From positions 16,566,464 to 16,630,463 of the forward strand of contig NC_043011.1 in NCBI RefSeq assembly GCF_006345805.1: 64,000 nt of DNA, written 5' to 3'. The DNA is from Octopus sinensis. Lineage: Eukaryota. The stretch's first letter is position 1. Each line of letters starts with the position of its first letter. The notes under the pieces are model-generated. The model was not told the origin of the DNA. It made no database searches and saw only the letters and a list, made by a program, of their open reading frames with translations. The position numbers and the translations under genes are program-made. This document shows positions 52,200 through 64,000 of the stretch, piece by piece.

Positions 52200-54591
52200 C
52201 ACTGGTCAACAACAAAATTATTGTCTAAATTTTTTCGGGGGTTTAGGACAATTCTGATGCGTTAAATCCAAAAGGCACATTGGTCTTGCTCAATCAGGTC
52301 AGCTTTTTGAACTACGACCACATTTTTTTACGTTTTCTTTTTTTTTATCAGAACGAGTATATTTGCTTTATATGAAGCAAAATTATTTTTTATTTCTTGT
52401 AATAAACGAACTCAGAAGAGTTTGCATGTGCTTATTTATGACTAATTGGTATTTTTATTTTACGGGTGAATGAAATGGCTTCGAGCAGAAGATCTTGCAA
52501 ATGTAGATCCAACGTATTCTGTTACATCTGCGTTGAATACACCATTGTTCCTAACAGGAATCCAGTCACAAGTTTCATAAAACGTGCTTACCATGCTTAT
52601 TTTGGTAGTAAACTTGGTGACCAGGATAAAGCGTGGGCGCCACACATGGTATGCAATGCATGCACCGAAAATCTGCGTTTATGGACCAAGGGCAAGAAGC
52701 GTTGTCTGAAGTTTGGAATTCCCATGGTTCGGAGGGAGTCAACAAACCATGGCCTGACTGCTATTTCTGCGCTATTGATGAGACTAGGATCAACAGAAAG
52801 AACCGGAGCAGCCTCAAGTATCCCGAGACCTTCAATCAGCACGTCATCCTGTAGCTCACTGTGATAAAATTCCAGTACCTGTCTTCGGAGAACTTCCTGA
52901 CTCTAGTGACGTAGAATCCTTAAGTGTTCAAGAAGATGTGGAAAGAGTAGTTCTTGACGATGATGCTCCACATACTTTTTTCCAAAAAGGAGCTAAAGGA
53001 TCTAATTCAGGATCTTGGATTGTCAACTTCCTCTGCCGCACTGTTGAAATCCGGTTTAAAGGGAAAATGACCTCCTCTCTGATAGTGCTCGCATCACCCT
53101 CTACCGCAACAGGCATCAAAAGTACCTCCATTTTTTCTCTGAAGGGGACTTGGTGTACTGTCCAGAAATTGCTCATCTTCTCTACAAGCTTGGAGTGCAA
53201 CAGTACGAACTCAAATATTGGAGAATATTCATTGACAGCGGCAAGCGATCGCTGAAACGTGTTCTGCTGCGCAACGGTAACCAATCTGCCTCTGTACCCC
53301 TCGCTCACTCGACTACACTAACGGAGAAATATGAAGCGGTAAAGTATGTACTGGAGAAAATTCGTTACAATCAGCATCGGTGGTTTATTTGTATTGACCT
53401 GCAGATAGTGAATTTTTTGTCGCGACAACAGTCTGATTCAACAAGTACTCATGCTTTCTTGGCATGTGAGACAGTAGGGACACTGCTCAGCATTACAATA
53501 AGGACTGATCTTTGAGGGAGAAATTGGTGCCTTGCAGAGCTAAGAACCTCATAAACCACCCTCTGCTGGACAAAGACAGAATGCTCATCTCACCACTGTA
53601 CATCAAACTCGGCATGATCAAGCAGTTCACCAAAACTCTGGACAAGGATGGTTGCTACCCCAATTACTTGTGCCAGGCTTTTCCAGGATTGATTATTGAG
53701 TAGTTGAAAACTGGCATGTTTGACGGTCCTCGAATCCATCAGCTCATCAGAGAGCTTGAGTTTGAAACCTCAATGAACGAAGTGGAACTGGAAGCATGGT
53801 AGCTTTTGTTCTGGTCGTCAAGAACTTTCTTGGCAACAACAAGGCGAGGAACTACGCAGAACTTTCCAACAATATGTTGACTGCTTCAGAAATCTGGGAT
53901 GCAACATGAGCATTAAAATGCTTTACGTATTCTCACATATAGATCGGTTTCCTGAGAATCTGGGATCAATAAGCGACGAGCAGGGGGAGAGATTCAGGAC
54001 ATTAAAGAGATGGAGACCAGGTATCAGGGAAGCTTGGATGCAGTCATGATGGCAGATTACTGTTGGACTCTGAAGAGAGATATTCCTACCGCTCAGCATT
54101 CTAGGGGTTCGAATAAACACAAGTTCTAGCCATGAATTTTGAACAATGACATAACATTTAATTTTCATGTACTCATCTTTATCAGTGTCTACTCTTCAAG
54201 TCACAGTAATCAAAGTTTGTAACATTTAAATAATATATTGTGACAGAAAACAATTTTTTATCTTAAAAACCTATTTCGGATGAGAAATATTTACAAAAAT
54301 CAACCGATAATGTCAGAAAAATGTAATCAATTTAATGAATAATATCCAAAGTATCAAGCACGTACGCACACGCACACACACATACACACACACATTAGCA
54401 AAAATCAGCCGACAATGTCAGAAAAATGTAATCAATTTAGTCAGATCAGATTTTTAAAAAATCAACTTAGCATAGAAACCTGGCCTGGTCGATAGAAACA
54501 GATGTTATTTTCGGATTCAGCGGTGCAAAATCGTTCTAAACCAGTTGAAAAAACTAAAACAACTTACGTTTTTTATTTTTGTTATCCAATG
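52200..54591 (+). mobile_element. full-length decayed Chapaev3-like DNA transposon (2392 bp)
   Basis: Termini CACTGGTCAACAA.. / ..TTGTTATCCAATG with ~80-bp imperfect TIRs; 3-bp TSD TAA (52197-52199, 54592-54594); internal transposase. Confidence 0.8.
52475..54129 (+). pseudogene. Chapaev3-type (RAG1/Transib-related) DDE transposase with frameshifts and stops
   Basis: FCYIC..LGDQDKAWAPHMVCNAC..DCYFC (N-terminal Cys motifs); WRIFIDSGKRSLK; ICIDLQIVNFL; PLYIKLGMIKQF; FDGP; SDEQGERF..DIKEMETRYQG..MADYCWTLKR. Confidence 0.85.
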
Positions 54592-55086
54592 TAATATAGG
54601 TAGGTGAATATATTCAGTACAATTAATATGTAATGCATACTGGGATATAACAAGATAATGAAACTGAAAAATGAACCCTGAAAACAACTTTCTTAATATC
54701 GCTTTTTAAAAATTTAGATTTGAATTTGTTGCCGCTCAAAAAAAGAGACAGGGGTACGGTTGCACATGTCCTTTTGTCTAAGGGCTCAGCTTTTATCGGA
54801 AAATTATCTCAAATTTAATCGTTCTGGATTTGATGCAAAAAATATGCTTAGAACTAAGACAGGTATAACAGCGGAATAAGGAAGACTTTACGTAACCACA
54901 GACCCTGGTAGAACTAGAAGTGCAACCTTTCTCAAATTACAATGTTTAGTTTCTTAAAAAAGAACATAATTAAGAAATTAGGCGTAGATATACTATTCCT
55001 AAAAAAATATAGGATAATAATGCCAGGAAAGTACTGGGGGTAAACATCACGTGTGCATCCTTTTAATTAGCGTACTAATACTAGCG

Positions 55087-55132
55087 TATTATACTACGAA
55101 TGGTATCACCTAATACCATTCGTAGTATAATA
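55087..55132. repeat. perfect 20-bp hairpin with 6-nt loop
   Basis: TATTATACTACGAATGGTAT-CACCTA-ATACCATTCGTAGTATAATA. Confidence 0.95.
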
Positions 55133-55564
55133 GCTAACTTTACTGTCCGTAATTTTTTCTTAATCATGTCTCAAGCCGTATAGTTTAGAATACACAAGCA
55201 ATTGGGTCAGTGTTTAGAATGTTAGGAATTTGATCATAAAGTCACTGATTAAATTTCTAGACTTCGAGGAGCCTTGCATCTTTGAGTTATGCATGTTCTA
55301 TCATCTTGCTCCAGTTTAGTCAACTATAAACGGATACCACCCGGGTGCTGGTGTTGGTGCTGCTTTCTGGAGTTGTCACATCCTGGATATATCGAAGGGT
55401 TAAGTTTCAAGGGCCCGAAATAGGGGTTATGTCTCTATACGACCACATAGTAACTTAAAGCAATTAGTGAAATTAACATGTACGCTCACGAAAGATGGTT
55501 GGCTGTATGCATCGAATTGAATACCTTCGAAGACCTCTAGTGTTTATATTTCTTCACAATAAAA

Positions 55565-55976
55565 GGGTCTTTTCGGTTTGAACGGCAGTTTTTTAAAATA
55601 ATTTCTATGTAACTAAACACTTTTAATCTTCGTATACTGGCAGAATGTGTTTATAAAACATCTTTTTCTCTTGGCTTTATCGAGAAACTTCTATGGTTTG
55701 TAAGATATCTGTTGTTGTTTTTCTTCAATTTCTGCAATTTCAACCAATCAATGACGTCTATTGAGGTGAAAGCATTCTGTGCCGTATGAAAATGTCCCTC
55801 GTTTAAGAAACAGATTGGGTTTATTTACATTTCTGAAAAAAAAATACCCTTCCCCTACCCCTTACCCTAACCCTAAAATAGATTGAAATGCAATAGATCG
55901 AGACTAGGGTCATAATTATGGGTGACATTTCATATGACACCGCTAGAAAAAACTGCCGTTCAAACCGAAAAGATCC
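55565..55976. mobile_element. Merlin-like MITE, second copy (opposite orientation to 3132-3536)
   Basis: TIRs GGGTCTTTTCGGTTTGAACGGCAGTTTTT / AAAAACTGCCGTTCAAACCGAAAAGATCC; exact 8-bp TSD CAATAAAA (55557-64, 55977-84). Confidence 0.78.
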
Positions 55977-56651
55977 CAATAAAAGATGTTCCAAAGAAAC
56001 TAATCTAGAGGTTTAACACTCATGCCACGCCAATGAGGGAGCCGCAAAAGACTGATTTGCATGAAAATTAACAACAAACAGCTCCAATGTTACGCCTAGG
56101 CTAATTAAAATTAACTAATATGATGATATATAAGGGATTCAGACGACTCTATCTACTGGTTTAAATCAGTAGATTGTTTCTTTTATTATTAATATATATA
56201 TATATATAAACAGAGCTATAAGGATTACAATTAAACTTATTATATCTATTCAAGGAAGCTTACCAATTGTTTAAACACTTTTTTATATATATTTCGACAG
56301 TACTTGACTAAACAAACTCACATACAGTCACTTTCATTGCAATTATGTCTCTTAAAGATATATTTTTTTTTATATATTTTTTTTTATATATTTTCAAATT
56401 CATTCGAAAATTGTTTAGCGACATTAGGCTTCTTTTGAAATAAATTAACCAATAGACCATTTAAATTGAGATCTTGTTTCGAATCATTAATTCTGCTACC
56501 TACTACAGAAATATCTTTCTCTCATAGAACAGATTTCTCTCTTTCATTGTTTCTGATGTAACTAGAAAATTAGATTGTAACTATTGTCATATCAACAGTC
56601 CACGGTGTTTCTATTATAGGTAGTTTCAATGATATTTATAAGTGCGTGCGC

Positions 56652-56757
<106 letters not shown>

Positions 56758-57962
56758 ATATAAATATATATATATATTGTATGCATCTATATCTGCCTCT
56801 CTTTCTCTCTCTCTCTCTATCACTCTCTCTCCATCTCGCTCTCTCTCTATATATACATATATATGTATGTATGTATGTGTACGCACACATACACGCAACA
56901 ATATATATTGTTTGTTTGCTACATACTACAATACGCAAAGTGCTAAAAATACTTAAGCGTTAGAAGCGTATACACTATAAGTGACGAGAATGTATGTACA
57001 TTATATGCGTGTATGCTAACTGCATTGAAAACCTAAATTTAAACTTTACTTACATTACATGGCTTCTATTATCTTGCGATGTAACTTTGAAAGTTACTTT
57101 TACTTTTTAATTTCAATACAATGAAATCGCTACTATTTTCCCTATAAATGTATGTTTTAGTGCTGTAGATAAAAGCACACGGTTACAATAGCTTAATTCT
57201 CCGGCCTTGTACAATTCCTCTTTTAGCGATGGTAAAATGCTTTTAGCGAAGTAGGGAAGCAGAAGAAAGCCTCATGGCAATTCAATTGCCTGTTGCACTC
57301 CCACATTCAAGGAGCCCAAGTAAAGAACACATGCGCAACACCCAACGCGCGCAAACACGAAACCCACACCTAAACACTCGTATAAGTATGTGTGTGTCTA
57401 TGTGTGTGTATACTTCTATGTATAATCCTATACACACAGACACAGACAGACACACACTCCCACACATACATATATTGGCATATTTCTTGAAAGGACATAT
57501 TTTTCCAACTTATTTTAACTGATGTCCATTGTCCGGAAATCGTTCGTCACACATCTGTGACCTCTCCAGTGACATCTTCTGTCTGCGTGTATACTTCTGC
57601 TCTGCTTAGTCCATTCTATCCTTCTAGGATGTGTATCCTCATCGTTTTTCTCTGTGTGTGGGGACATGTATGCGTGTGCGTTTGTGTGTGTGTATGTGTG
57701 TGTGCGCGTATGTATGCTTGCGTGTGTATACCAGTGTCTATGTGTTTCACATGTGTGATTATGTGTGCACACACACTGCTTATATCCGTGCCCTTCATAT
57801 CGTTATTATCGATACCGTTTTTCTTCTTAATGGTACTTCGACCCCCCCCACCCTCTCCTACGTTTCCTCTTTTGTTGCAGCTGCTGCTGTTATTGAACCT
57901 TACTTTTGATATTGTTCTTGTATCTTTCTGTGTTTGTGTTGTTCGTTCATGTTGTTATGTTA

Positions 57963-57999
<37 letters not shown>

Positions 58000-58019
<20 letters not shown>

Positions 58020-58790
58020 AAGCAGCAGCAGAAGCGGCAGCAGCAGTAGTAGGAGTGAAGGCACGTGGCTTAATGGTTAGGGCATTCGGCTCACGATCGT
58101 AAGGTCGTGAGTTCAATTCCCGGCGATGCATTGTGTCCTTGAGCAAGACACTTTATTTCACATTGCTGCAGTCCACTCAGCTGGCAAAAATGAGTTGTAC
58201 CTGTATTTCAAAGGGCCAGCCTTGTCACACTTTGTGTCACGCTGAATCTCCCTAAGAACTACGTAAGTGTACACGTGTCTGTGGATTTGTCAGTCACTTG
58301 CACGTTAATTTCACGAGCAGGCTGTTCCGTTGATCGTATCAGCTGAGACCCTCGTCGTCGTAACCGACGGAGTGCTCCTAATAGTAGTAGTAGTAGTAGT
58401 GTAGTAGTAGTAGTAGTAGTAGAAGCAGCAGCAGAAGCGGCAGCAGCAGTAGTAGGAGTGAAGGCACGTGGCTTAATGGTTAGGGCATTCGGCTCACGAT
58501 CGTAAGGTCGTGAGTTCAATTCCCGGCGATGCATTGTGTCCTTGAGCAAGACACTTTATTTCACATTGCTGCAGTCCACTCAGCTGGCAAAAATGAGTTG
58601 TACCTGTATTTCAAAGGGCCAGCCTTGTCACACTTTGTGTCACGCTGAATCTCCCTAAGAACTACGTTAAGTGTACACGTGTCTGTGGATTTGTCAGTCA
58701 CTTGCACGTTAATTTCACGAGCAGGCTGTTCCGTTGATCGTATCAGCTGAGACCCTCGTCGTCGTAACCGACGGAGTGCTCCTAATAGTA
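58000..58790 (+). mobile_element. tandem dimer (403-bp unit) of tRNA-headed SINE family D, including its (GTA)n/(GCA)n flank
   Basis: GAAGGCACGTGGCTTAATGGTTAGGGC..TGTGTCCTTGAGCAAGACACT..GACGGAGTGCTCC occurs twice, differing by a 1-nt indel in the SINE body. Confidence 0.9.
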
Positions 58791-59546
58791 GTAGTAGTAG
58801 TAGTGGTAGTAGTAGTTGTTGTTGTTGTTGTTGTTCGTGTTTCTGCTGTTGTTGCGGCTGTCTTTGAAGTTTATGTATGTGTGCTTGTGCATATGGGTTT
58901 GCTTATGATATTGTTTTTATCCGTACCCCAGGGTATTAAAGTAACAATAGACTACACTAACAAGCAGCCGAACTATCGGCTACCTGTTTTAGACACGGAA
59001 TTCTGACTGGAAACTAAGAATAATAAGGTCCCGATCCTTCATTCCCATTATGCCAAACCCATGTCCTCTAAATACCTGGTTCATAAGAATGCATATAATG
59101 CAGACAATGCCAAGTTCAATATTCTAATAGCGGATTTGGTGATAGTGATACGGAATGTATTCCGCACATGCAACACTTCATCGACCGCATGCGATTCTCG
59201 ACTACAAAGAAAGGTCCAAGATTAGAGCGTACAAATGAGTCAGGTTTAAGTACACGACCATCATAGAGAGTGATGCAAATGGGATCTGCCCGCTCTACAG
59301 GAGAAAAACCTTGAAACAGCACCGGAAAAACCTGAAAAAAGAAAAATAAGGCCAACTCATAGTATAAAAAAAATACCAGAGTGTCATGTTCATTCATGCT
59401 AGCCCTGGCGGCGAACTAGCATACCTTTTTAGAAACGCATTAGATAAGGTAAATCTACGGATTAAATTTGAAAGTCTTGGATACACTAAAAAACGCCTGA
59501 TTGGAGAACTTATCCCTTCGATAGTTCCGCTTGTACGAAGAACAAT

Positions 59547-59888
59547 TGTACAATATGTAGGATGAACTTACAGGTTAACTGCAAGATTAGGAATATAGTC
59601 TATAGCTTACAGTATACTGAAGGACAGTACAGAAACAAAACGACAACTTAAAGTGAAGAGACGGCACGCAGTACTGGGGAAAGAATAGCCGGAGACTGGC
59701 GGGAACTCAAAGAGAGGAAAGGTTCATCAGTGCTCTATCAACATGCTCAAGAAGAACAGAGAGACTTAGTTAAAAGCTTAGAGGTTAAGGTATTATTAAT
59801 GCATAGAACTGACACGACACTTAGACAGATTACAGAGGCAACACGCATAGTAATATACAGGCTGAGCCGCAACAGAATACACGAATGA
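59547..59888 (+). pseudogene. Penelope-type GIY-YIG endonuclease (in-frame stop)
   Basis: CTIC..NCKIRNIVY..*SEETARSTGERI....SVLYQH..DTTLRQITEATRI..NRIHE*. Confidence 0.75.
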
Positions 59889-60808
59889 AACAATAACACC
59901 CGCCATCACCACACCACGCAACACGACGACTAATGTCAAAAGGTAGAGAAAAGGACACTAGTACAAACAGTGTAATATACATACAAAAGGCGAATATGGA
60001 CATACCTATAATAGAGTTAAATAAATAAACAAAAAAAATCAAAGCATATAAAATGCACAGACGCAAACAACATCGTAAGTAAACCCATATACGCACACAA
60101 ACGTCCGCACAGCAACTTCACAAACGGTCGCAAAAATCAACAAAAACACGATCAATGACAACAACAATCTTGATAAGAACAACATGAACGAACACACAAA
60201 CACGGAAAGGTAGGGGAACAATATGAAAAGTAAGGTTCAAGAACAGCAGCAACAGGACCAACGGAAGAGGAAACGTAGGTGAGAGAAGGGTCAAAGTACC
60301 ACTAAGAACAATGACAATAACCATAACAACAATATAAAGGGCACGGATATATATATATATATACACACACATAAGCACACATGCGAAATACAGAGTCACT
60401 CACATGCATACGCACGCACTCTTACATACACACACATGCACACACCTACGCACACGCATACACAGACACGCATGCACACACACACACACACACAGATACA
60501 GTTGCAAACGCATGCACATATTAGGATAAAAGTCATAAAAGCATAGAATAGACTAAGTGGAGCAGGTCGATACACGAGGATGGAAAGTGTCACTGAAGAG
60601 GTCACAGATGTGTGACGAAATTTTTCTGAACAATGGAGGTAGTTAAAATAATAACACTAACAAACGAGTGTAGAACGAATATATAGTGCGTGTGTTTATT
60701 TGGACAAAAACAAGTAGAAATGACCATCCCGAAATATAACAATATCTGTTTCAACATACGATTTCAACATACAATTTACAAGGAATCTTGTAACACAAAT
60801 TCATAAAC

Positions 60809-60852
<44 letters not shown>

Positions 60853-61433
60853 GCGAGCACACACACATATTTAGAAAGAGAAAGAGAGAGAGAGAGACAA
60901 AAAGAGAGAGAGAGAGCAGGAGACAAGGCTTCCCTATGATTGTGGACTCGTCGATGTGACGATCAAATCTCTTGCTGCATTTAGCTTGAGTGCGTTGCGA
61001 TTGTGCTTTCCAAAGTCGATAAACTGAAAAATTGCCTGCAAATGCAATCAAATGAATAGCATTTATCATCTATTAACTGGTGTCCATCATCCCTGACGTT
61101 TTAAGCAATCGGCGCTCTGGAAATATACAAATGAATATAATACACATACGCACACATACACACACACACTTTTTCTCTCTCTCAACCACATACACAAGTA
61201 TAACCTCATATATTGAATTAGATGTATGTCGGAGGAATATACGTAAGCAATGTCAAATATAAAATCCGCGATACAAAACCAATTCAAGTGAAAATATTTA
61301 TAATAATTCATAATTATATAACGAAACTTAATGTGAGAATATGCAACTATATGCAACTATATGCCATTACCATAGTCTTCAGACTATGGGCAGAGTTGAC
61401 TTACAGTGACCTGTCCAACTTTCCTATCCTCAG

Positions 61434-61663
61434 CCATTAGGGTTTTGCGTAGCACCTCTGTTCCCTCAAAAACATTTCAATCATTAGAATACATAGAGTG
61501 TTTAACAATTCGGAAAGAAAAGTTAATAAATCGCTATTCTGAAAAGGTTAACAAAGTATATGTCCATGAAATACATGTTGATTTCGTTTATAGATCGAAG
61601 AGCGCAGAAAATGAAGGAAATGCTAACGAAGATAGTCTCGAAAAAATCCCGCTTAATGAATAG
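61434..61663 (+). CDS. candidate terminal coding exon (unknown protein)
   Basis: Acceptor AACTTTCCTATCCTCAG; open frame (A)IRVLRSTSVPSKTFQSLEYIECL..SAENEGNANEDSLEKIPLNE*; AATAAA at 61677-61682. Confidence 0.3.
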
Positions 61664-62343
61664 AGTGATTTATGCCAATAAAATCTGGTCACGGTAAAGC
61701 TGCAACAGCTTCAATATTTTCTAGAAATTTAAATTATGTATGTGCAACAAATATAGGAAACATCAAGAAGAAGAGTATATAATTTGATTGTTATAAAATG
61801 ATATTGATGTTTGGTATATTTTGTGTTAGTTTCCAGATTTACAGCCATTGAAAAGGAAACCTGAAGAACATTCATCATTGTCACGACAGTGACTGTTAAA
61901 TCTAATCATAATCATACGTTTCCCTTTAGTCCTTGTATGGAACTGTCCAATAGATAAACATCGTGACTGAGATGCTAAGACGGAGGCAGTTGTTGACTAC
62001 ACGGCATCTCGCGTCATGTATGACAGGAATCGATAGACGATGGTCATTACTCAAAGTTAATCTTTCAGGAACAACTGTTGGTTGTCAAATGATGTATTTT
62101 TCAAGCTAAGAATAAATATACAAATATCATGATTCCATTTTTAACTGCTCTGCAGAATAACAGTAAAATTAGAAATTCATTTCGTTAGCACAAAGAGTTA
62201 AGTACTGAAAACAATTCAGAGAATTCCCATACAGTATTATTAAGAATATATATAGATATACGTAAAACTTATAAGGGTAAAAATTTAGAAAAATCTTCAT
62301 ACTGGTGGTTAGCATGCGAAATTAAAATAAAAATCTACGTATT

Positions 62344-62484
62344 TTCATATATAAAAGTGTATAGTATTGATACACAAAGAGGCAACCCTTTACAGGACGC
62401 CTTACATGCTAGAGAGGGCATTTAAGGCGTCCTGAAAAAGGTTACCTCTTTCTGTGTAAATACTATACACTTTTTATATATGAA
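62344..62484. repeat. imperfect fold-back (~60-bp arms, 18-nt spacer), MITE-like
   Basis: TTCATATATAAAAGTGTATAGTATT..CAGGACGCCTTA / TAAGGCGTCCTG..AATACTATACACTTTTTATATATGAA. Confidence 0.85.
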
Positions 62485-62654
62485 CATATATATTATATAA
62501 CATATACATATTTATATATTTACGTAAGTATGTATACACTTACGGGTAACATATATCTTATGCGGAATGCCAAGACGTTGTTTTGGTGTCATGCCTCCTA
62601 CAGTGACTTTCATTGTCATTGCAGGCTCGAAATATTCATAAATATATATATATA

Positions 62655-63000
62655 TACTCTTTTACTCTTTTGCTTGTTTCAGTCATGGGACTGTGGCCAT
62701 GTGGGAGCACCGCCTTTAGTCGAGCATATCGACCCCAGGACTTATTCTTTGTAAGCCTGGTACTTATTCTATCGGTCGTCAAGCGATGTTGGGGGACAAA
62801 CACAGACACACAAACATACACTCACGCATAGATATATATACATATATACGACGGGCTTCTTTGAGTTTCCGTCTACCAAATCCCCTCACAAGGCTTTGGT
62901 CGACTCGAGGCTATAGTAGAAGACAATTGCCCAAGGTGCCGCACAGTGGAACTCAACCCGGAACCATGTGGTTGGTAATCAAGCTACTTACCACACAGTC
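62655..63000 (-). mobile_element. SINE family A
   Basis: Reverse complement of family A with an internal deletion. Confidence 0.85.
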
Positions 63001-63041
63001 AGTCCTACGCCTATAAGGCGTAGGAATGGCTATAGATATGT

Positions 63042-63086
<45 letters not shown>

Positions 63087-63102
63087 TATATATATATATA
63101 TA

Positions 63103-63335
63103 TGGCGGCGAGCAGGCAGAAACGTTAGCACGCAGGGCGGAATGCTTAGCAGTATTTCGTCTTGCCGTTACGTTCACAGTTCAAATTCCACCGAGGTCGA
63201 CTTTGCCTTTCATCCTTTCGGGGTCGATAAATAAAGTACCAGTTTCGAACTGGGGTCGATGTAATCGACTTAATCCGTTTGTTTGTCCTTGTTTGTCCCT
63301 TCTATGTTTAGCCTCTTGTGGGTAGTAAAGAAAAA
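63103..63335 (+). mobile_element. SINE family B
   Basis: GGCGGCGAGCAGGCAGAAACGTTAGCAC..GGGTAGTAAAG. Confidence 0.88.
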
Positions 63336-63360
63336 TATATATATAGATACATATATATGA

Positions 63361-63403
<43 letters not shown>

Positions 63404-64000
63404 TATGTATATATATACATATATATATATATGTATATATATATATATGTATATGTATATTATAAGTATATGTATGTATTATGTATGTATGGATGTATGT
63501 ATTGATGTATGTATGTGTAAAGACATACGCACGCGCGAGTAGGAATCAGTATAACGTTATTTTAATTTGCGCCTATTCAACCTCATTTACGGATATCGAA
63601 AGGTTTTCTTTAGAACAGTTTATGACTATTTAAAACCGAACACAATGCAATAATGTTCGTTTAAAACGAACATTATTCCATTGTCAGTGGAATTGGTTCG
63701 TCATTTTCTTCAGCTGACATACTAATCAATAAAAGCCCAAGAAAAAAAAACATAAATCAAAAAGGAATGAGAATATTTTTCTTTCTATTTTTACTGAAAA
63801 ATATGTCACTAAATATTTGTTTTGTAATACTTTATATTGTTCAGGAGAATTATTGGCATAAATTCAATTCCCACGTTGGCATTCATTTATTTAAAAGTAG
63901 CGTATGGACACGACTGTTTTATTAATACAAATACTATAGTTTCGTCAATAAATATATAATTAAAGACGTGATCATGAGAGATTATCAAGATAGTCATTTG

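Larger units (their letters stand above)
57470..60740 (+). mobile_element. 5'-truncated Penelope-like element with an inverted upstream pseudo-LTR, interrupted by a SINE dimer
   Basis: RT-thumb-like RLPVLDTEF*..HSHYAKPMSSKYL at ~58915-59165; GIY-YIG at 59547-59888; ~57470-57960 is the inverse of ~60165-60740. Confidence 0.75.

Noticed and set aside
52597-53308. ORFs 52597-52842(-), 52928-53308(-) and 52938-53255(+) as separate genes
   Set aside because: Antisense or off-frame shadows of the broken transposase.

Overview
AT-rich, repeat-saturated eukaryotic DNA with very long (TA)n/(CA)n/(GAT)n microsatellites and several tRNA-headed SINE families of the kind I associate with coleoid cephalopods (Octopus-like; inference from repeat style, not verified). 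No complete protein-coding gene can be supported; almost all ORFs in the supplied track are microsatellite or antisense artefacts, and only a few low-confidence exon candidates are seen. Recognisable elements: a 5'-truncated decayed RTE-clade LINE (7533-10171) flanked by a ~70-bp direct duplication; two Penelope-like elements (PLEs) with inverted pseudo-LTRs (13430-16672 minus, ~57470-60740 plus) plus smaller PLE fragments; a full-length decayed Chapaev3-like (RAG1/Transib-related) DNA transposon with TIRs and TAA target duplication (52200-54591); two copies of an 8-bp-TSD Merlin-like MITE; Tc1/mariner, CR1-like and Helitron-like remnants; and recent tandem duplications (1.01 kb, 403 bp). The most notable structure is a non-coding 1.8-kb element (30818-32600) carrying three copies of a type I hammerhead ribozyme with a near-canonical core: two in direct repeat 1123 nt apart on the minus strand (retrozyme-like) and one in a perfect 211-bp fold-back. 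Several other hammerhead-like mini-repeats and fold-back hairpins occur across the window.
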